NCBI RefSeq assembly: GCF_964204645.1
Contig: NC_134031.1
Span: 18,359,910-18,423,909 of the forward strand
DNA length: 64,000 nucleotides
Reading direction: 5' to 3'
From: Tubulanus polymorphus
Lineage: Eukaryota > Animalia > Nemertea
Position numbers and translations under genes: made by a program. Shown here one piece after another: positions 62,801-64,000 of this stretch (positions within the stretch are counted from its first letter, which is position 1; each line of letters begins with the position of its first letter). Under the pieces are notes generated by a model. That model did no database searches. It was not told the origin of the DNA and worked only from the letters and a program-made list of their open reading frames with translations.

Positions 62801-64000
62801 AAAACGGAATTTGAGATGAAAGAATACGCGCGCAAACACTCGGAAAACTTTCTGATTAAAATTATTTTTAGTTTGAGACGCTTTTTCAATTTCAAACATT
62901 TTAATCTAGCTTTAATCAAGAGCGCTACCGGGTAGCGTTACAGATTCACCTGGTACTAGTACGGAGGAAACTAAGTCCCGCAGTTTCTTAGATTACTGGC
63001 TCGATGTTTTTTTTTCATCAGCTCACAGCTCGCACACTGTTTCCTCGTTATTCAACGAGTGGTAGAATTAATCACACTTTACGGTATTCGAATTCATCAC
63101 ATTTTCCACTATTTATTTTTTAAGGGATAGAATACAAAAGCGAGTTCTAGGGTATAGGGCATATATGAGACTTTGGGCTGAGATGGGGGATAGGAGGATT
63201 GAACGGAGTTATTTGACTGGCAATTAGAGAACCGCGCCCTGTCTTACATTGAATTAATCTAATTAATCAAGAAATCCGTATGACTAAATTAGACTATATC
63301 AACTCTCCGTCTTTCCTTTCTGTTTCTAATTTATCCAATTAGTAAAAATGAATCAATTCTAACTTTTAATCATGCGGAGCATTTAATCTAAAATGTGATG
63401 ACGACATCGAAAAAATTCCCTCAGTTCATAGCCCTTGAACAGTTTAACTTCTATTCAATGATGGATTAAGAATGATTCTTCAACCGCCAGATAAGATAAG
63501 TACTCAAATAGAGTATGATTATTGAAAACTTCAATGACCCCCGTGGCAGAAATCTAACACCTCCATTCATACACAATTCAAACATTTGCTCCTTGGGTAA
63601 AAAAGAAAATATTGAAGCTGTTATTGGCAATTTGATAACTAGCAAGAGGTGTTTCAAATCCCAGTATCACGTACAGTAACTGGGCCCTTAGTCCAGTTTT
63701 GCGATACAGTTTTCAGCGAACACTTTAGTTAGCAGCAACAAAAAATGAGAATGCATCGATTATTTTTGTGGCGACGTTTTTTTGCACGATTTATCCTCTT
63801 TCTATGAAACCAGAAAGAACTCGACTCGAATAGACGACAAAAATATGACATTTGCTTGCATCCATTTCGATGAGACACCAGGCTGAAAATGATTCCGATC
63901 GATAATACCACTTAGAGTCGCGGGACGACTAGGGAAGGGATCTTAGCAGCAGGTAAAATCTCGCGTGGAAGTAAAACGAAAAATTGAATTTCGATAAATT

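Overview
AT-rich, intron-rich animal genomic DNA, probably an invertebrate (the intronless chemoreceptor-like GPCR and repeat content suggest a spiralian, but the species cannot be read from the sequence). I traced seven protein-coding genes by hand through GT-AG exons. (1) The 5' half of an ABCB1/P-glycoprotein-type transporter (-), which runs off the left edge and has two alternative N-terminal coding exons. (2) MTHFR (+), head-to-head with it across a CCAAT/TATA promoter. (3) An intronless class A GPCR (-) nested antisense in an MTHFR intron. (4) An STKLD1-like kinase-ARM protein (+) with intact catalytic motifs. (5) ZNHIT6/BCD1 (-), convergent with the kinase. (6) An SLC7A14-like cationic amino acid transporter (+). 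(7) A second class A GPCR (-). Between MTHFR and the kinase (about 20.3-23.8 kb) is an apparently spliced non-coding minus-strand locus. It has tandemly duplicated exon-intron units, three 3' splice sites exactly 24 nt apart, and an ~235-bp LINE-derived inverted repeat whose substitutions favour G-U pairs on the minus strand (candidate hairpin-RNA/endo-siRNA locus). Next to it is a truncated Penelope-like element with a 13-bp target-site duplication and an intact minimal hammerhead ribozyme. Four further sites carry degenerate hammerhead-like motifs, and several MITE and minisatellite families are scattered through the window. All gene models and counts are manual and unverified by RNA data or database search.
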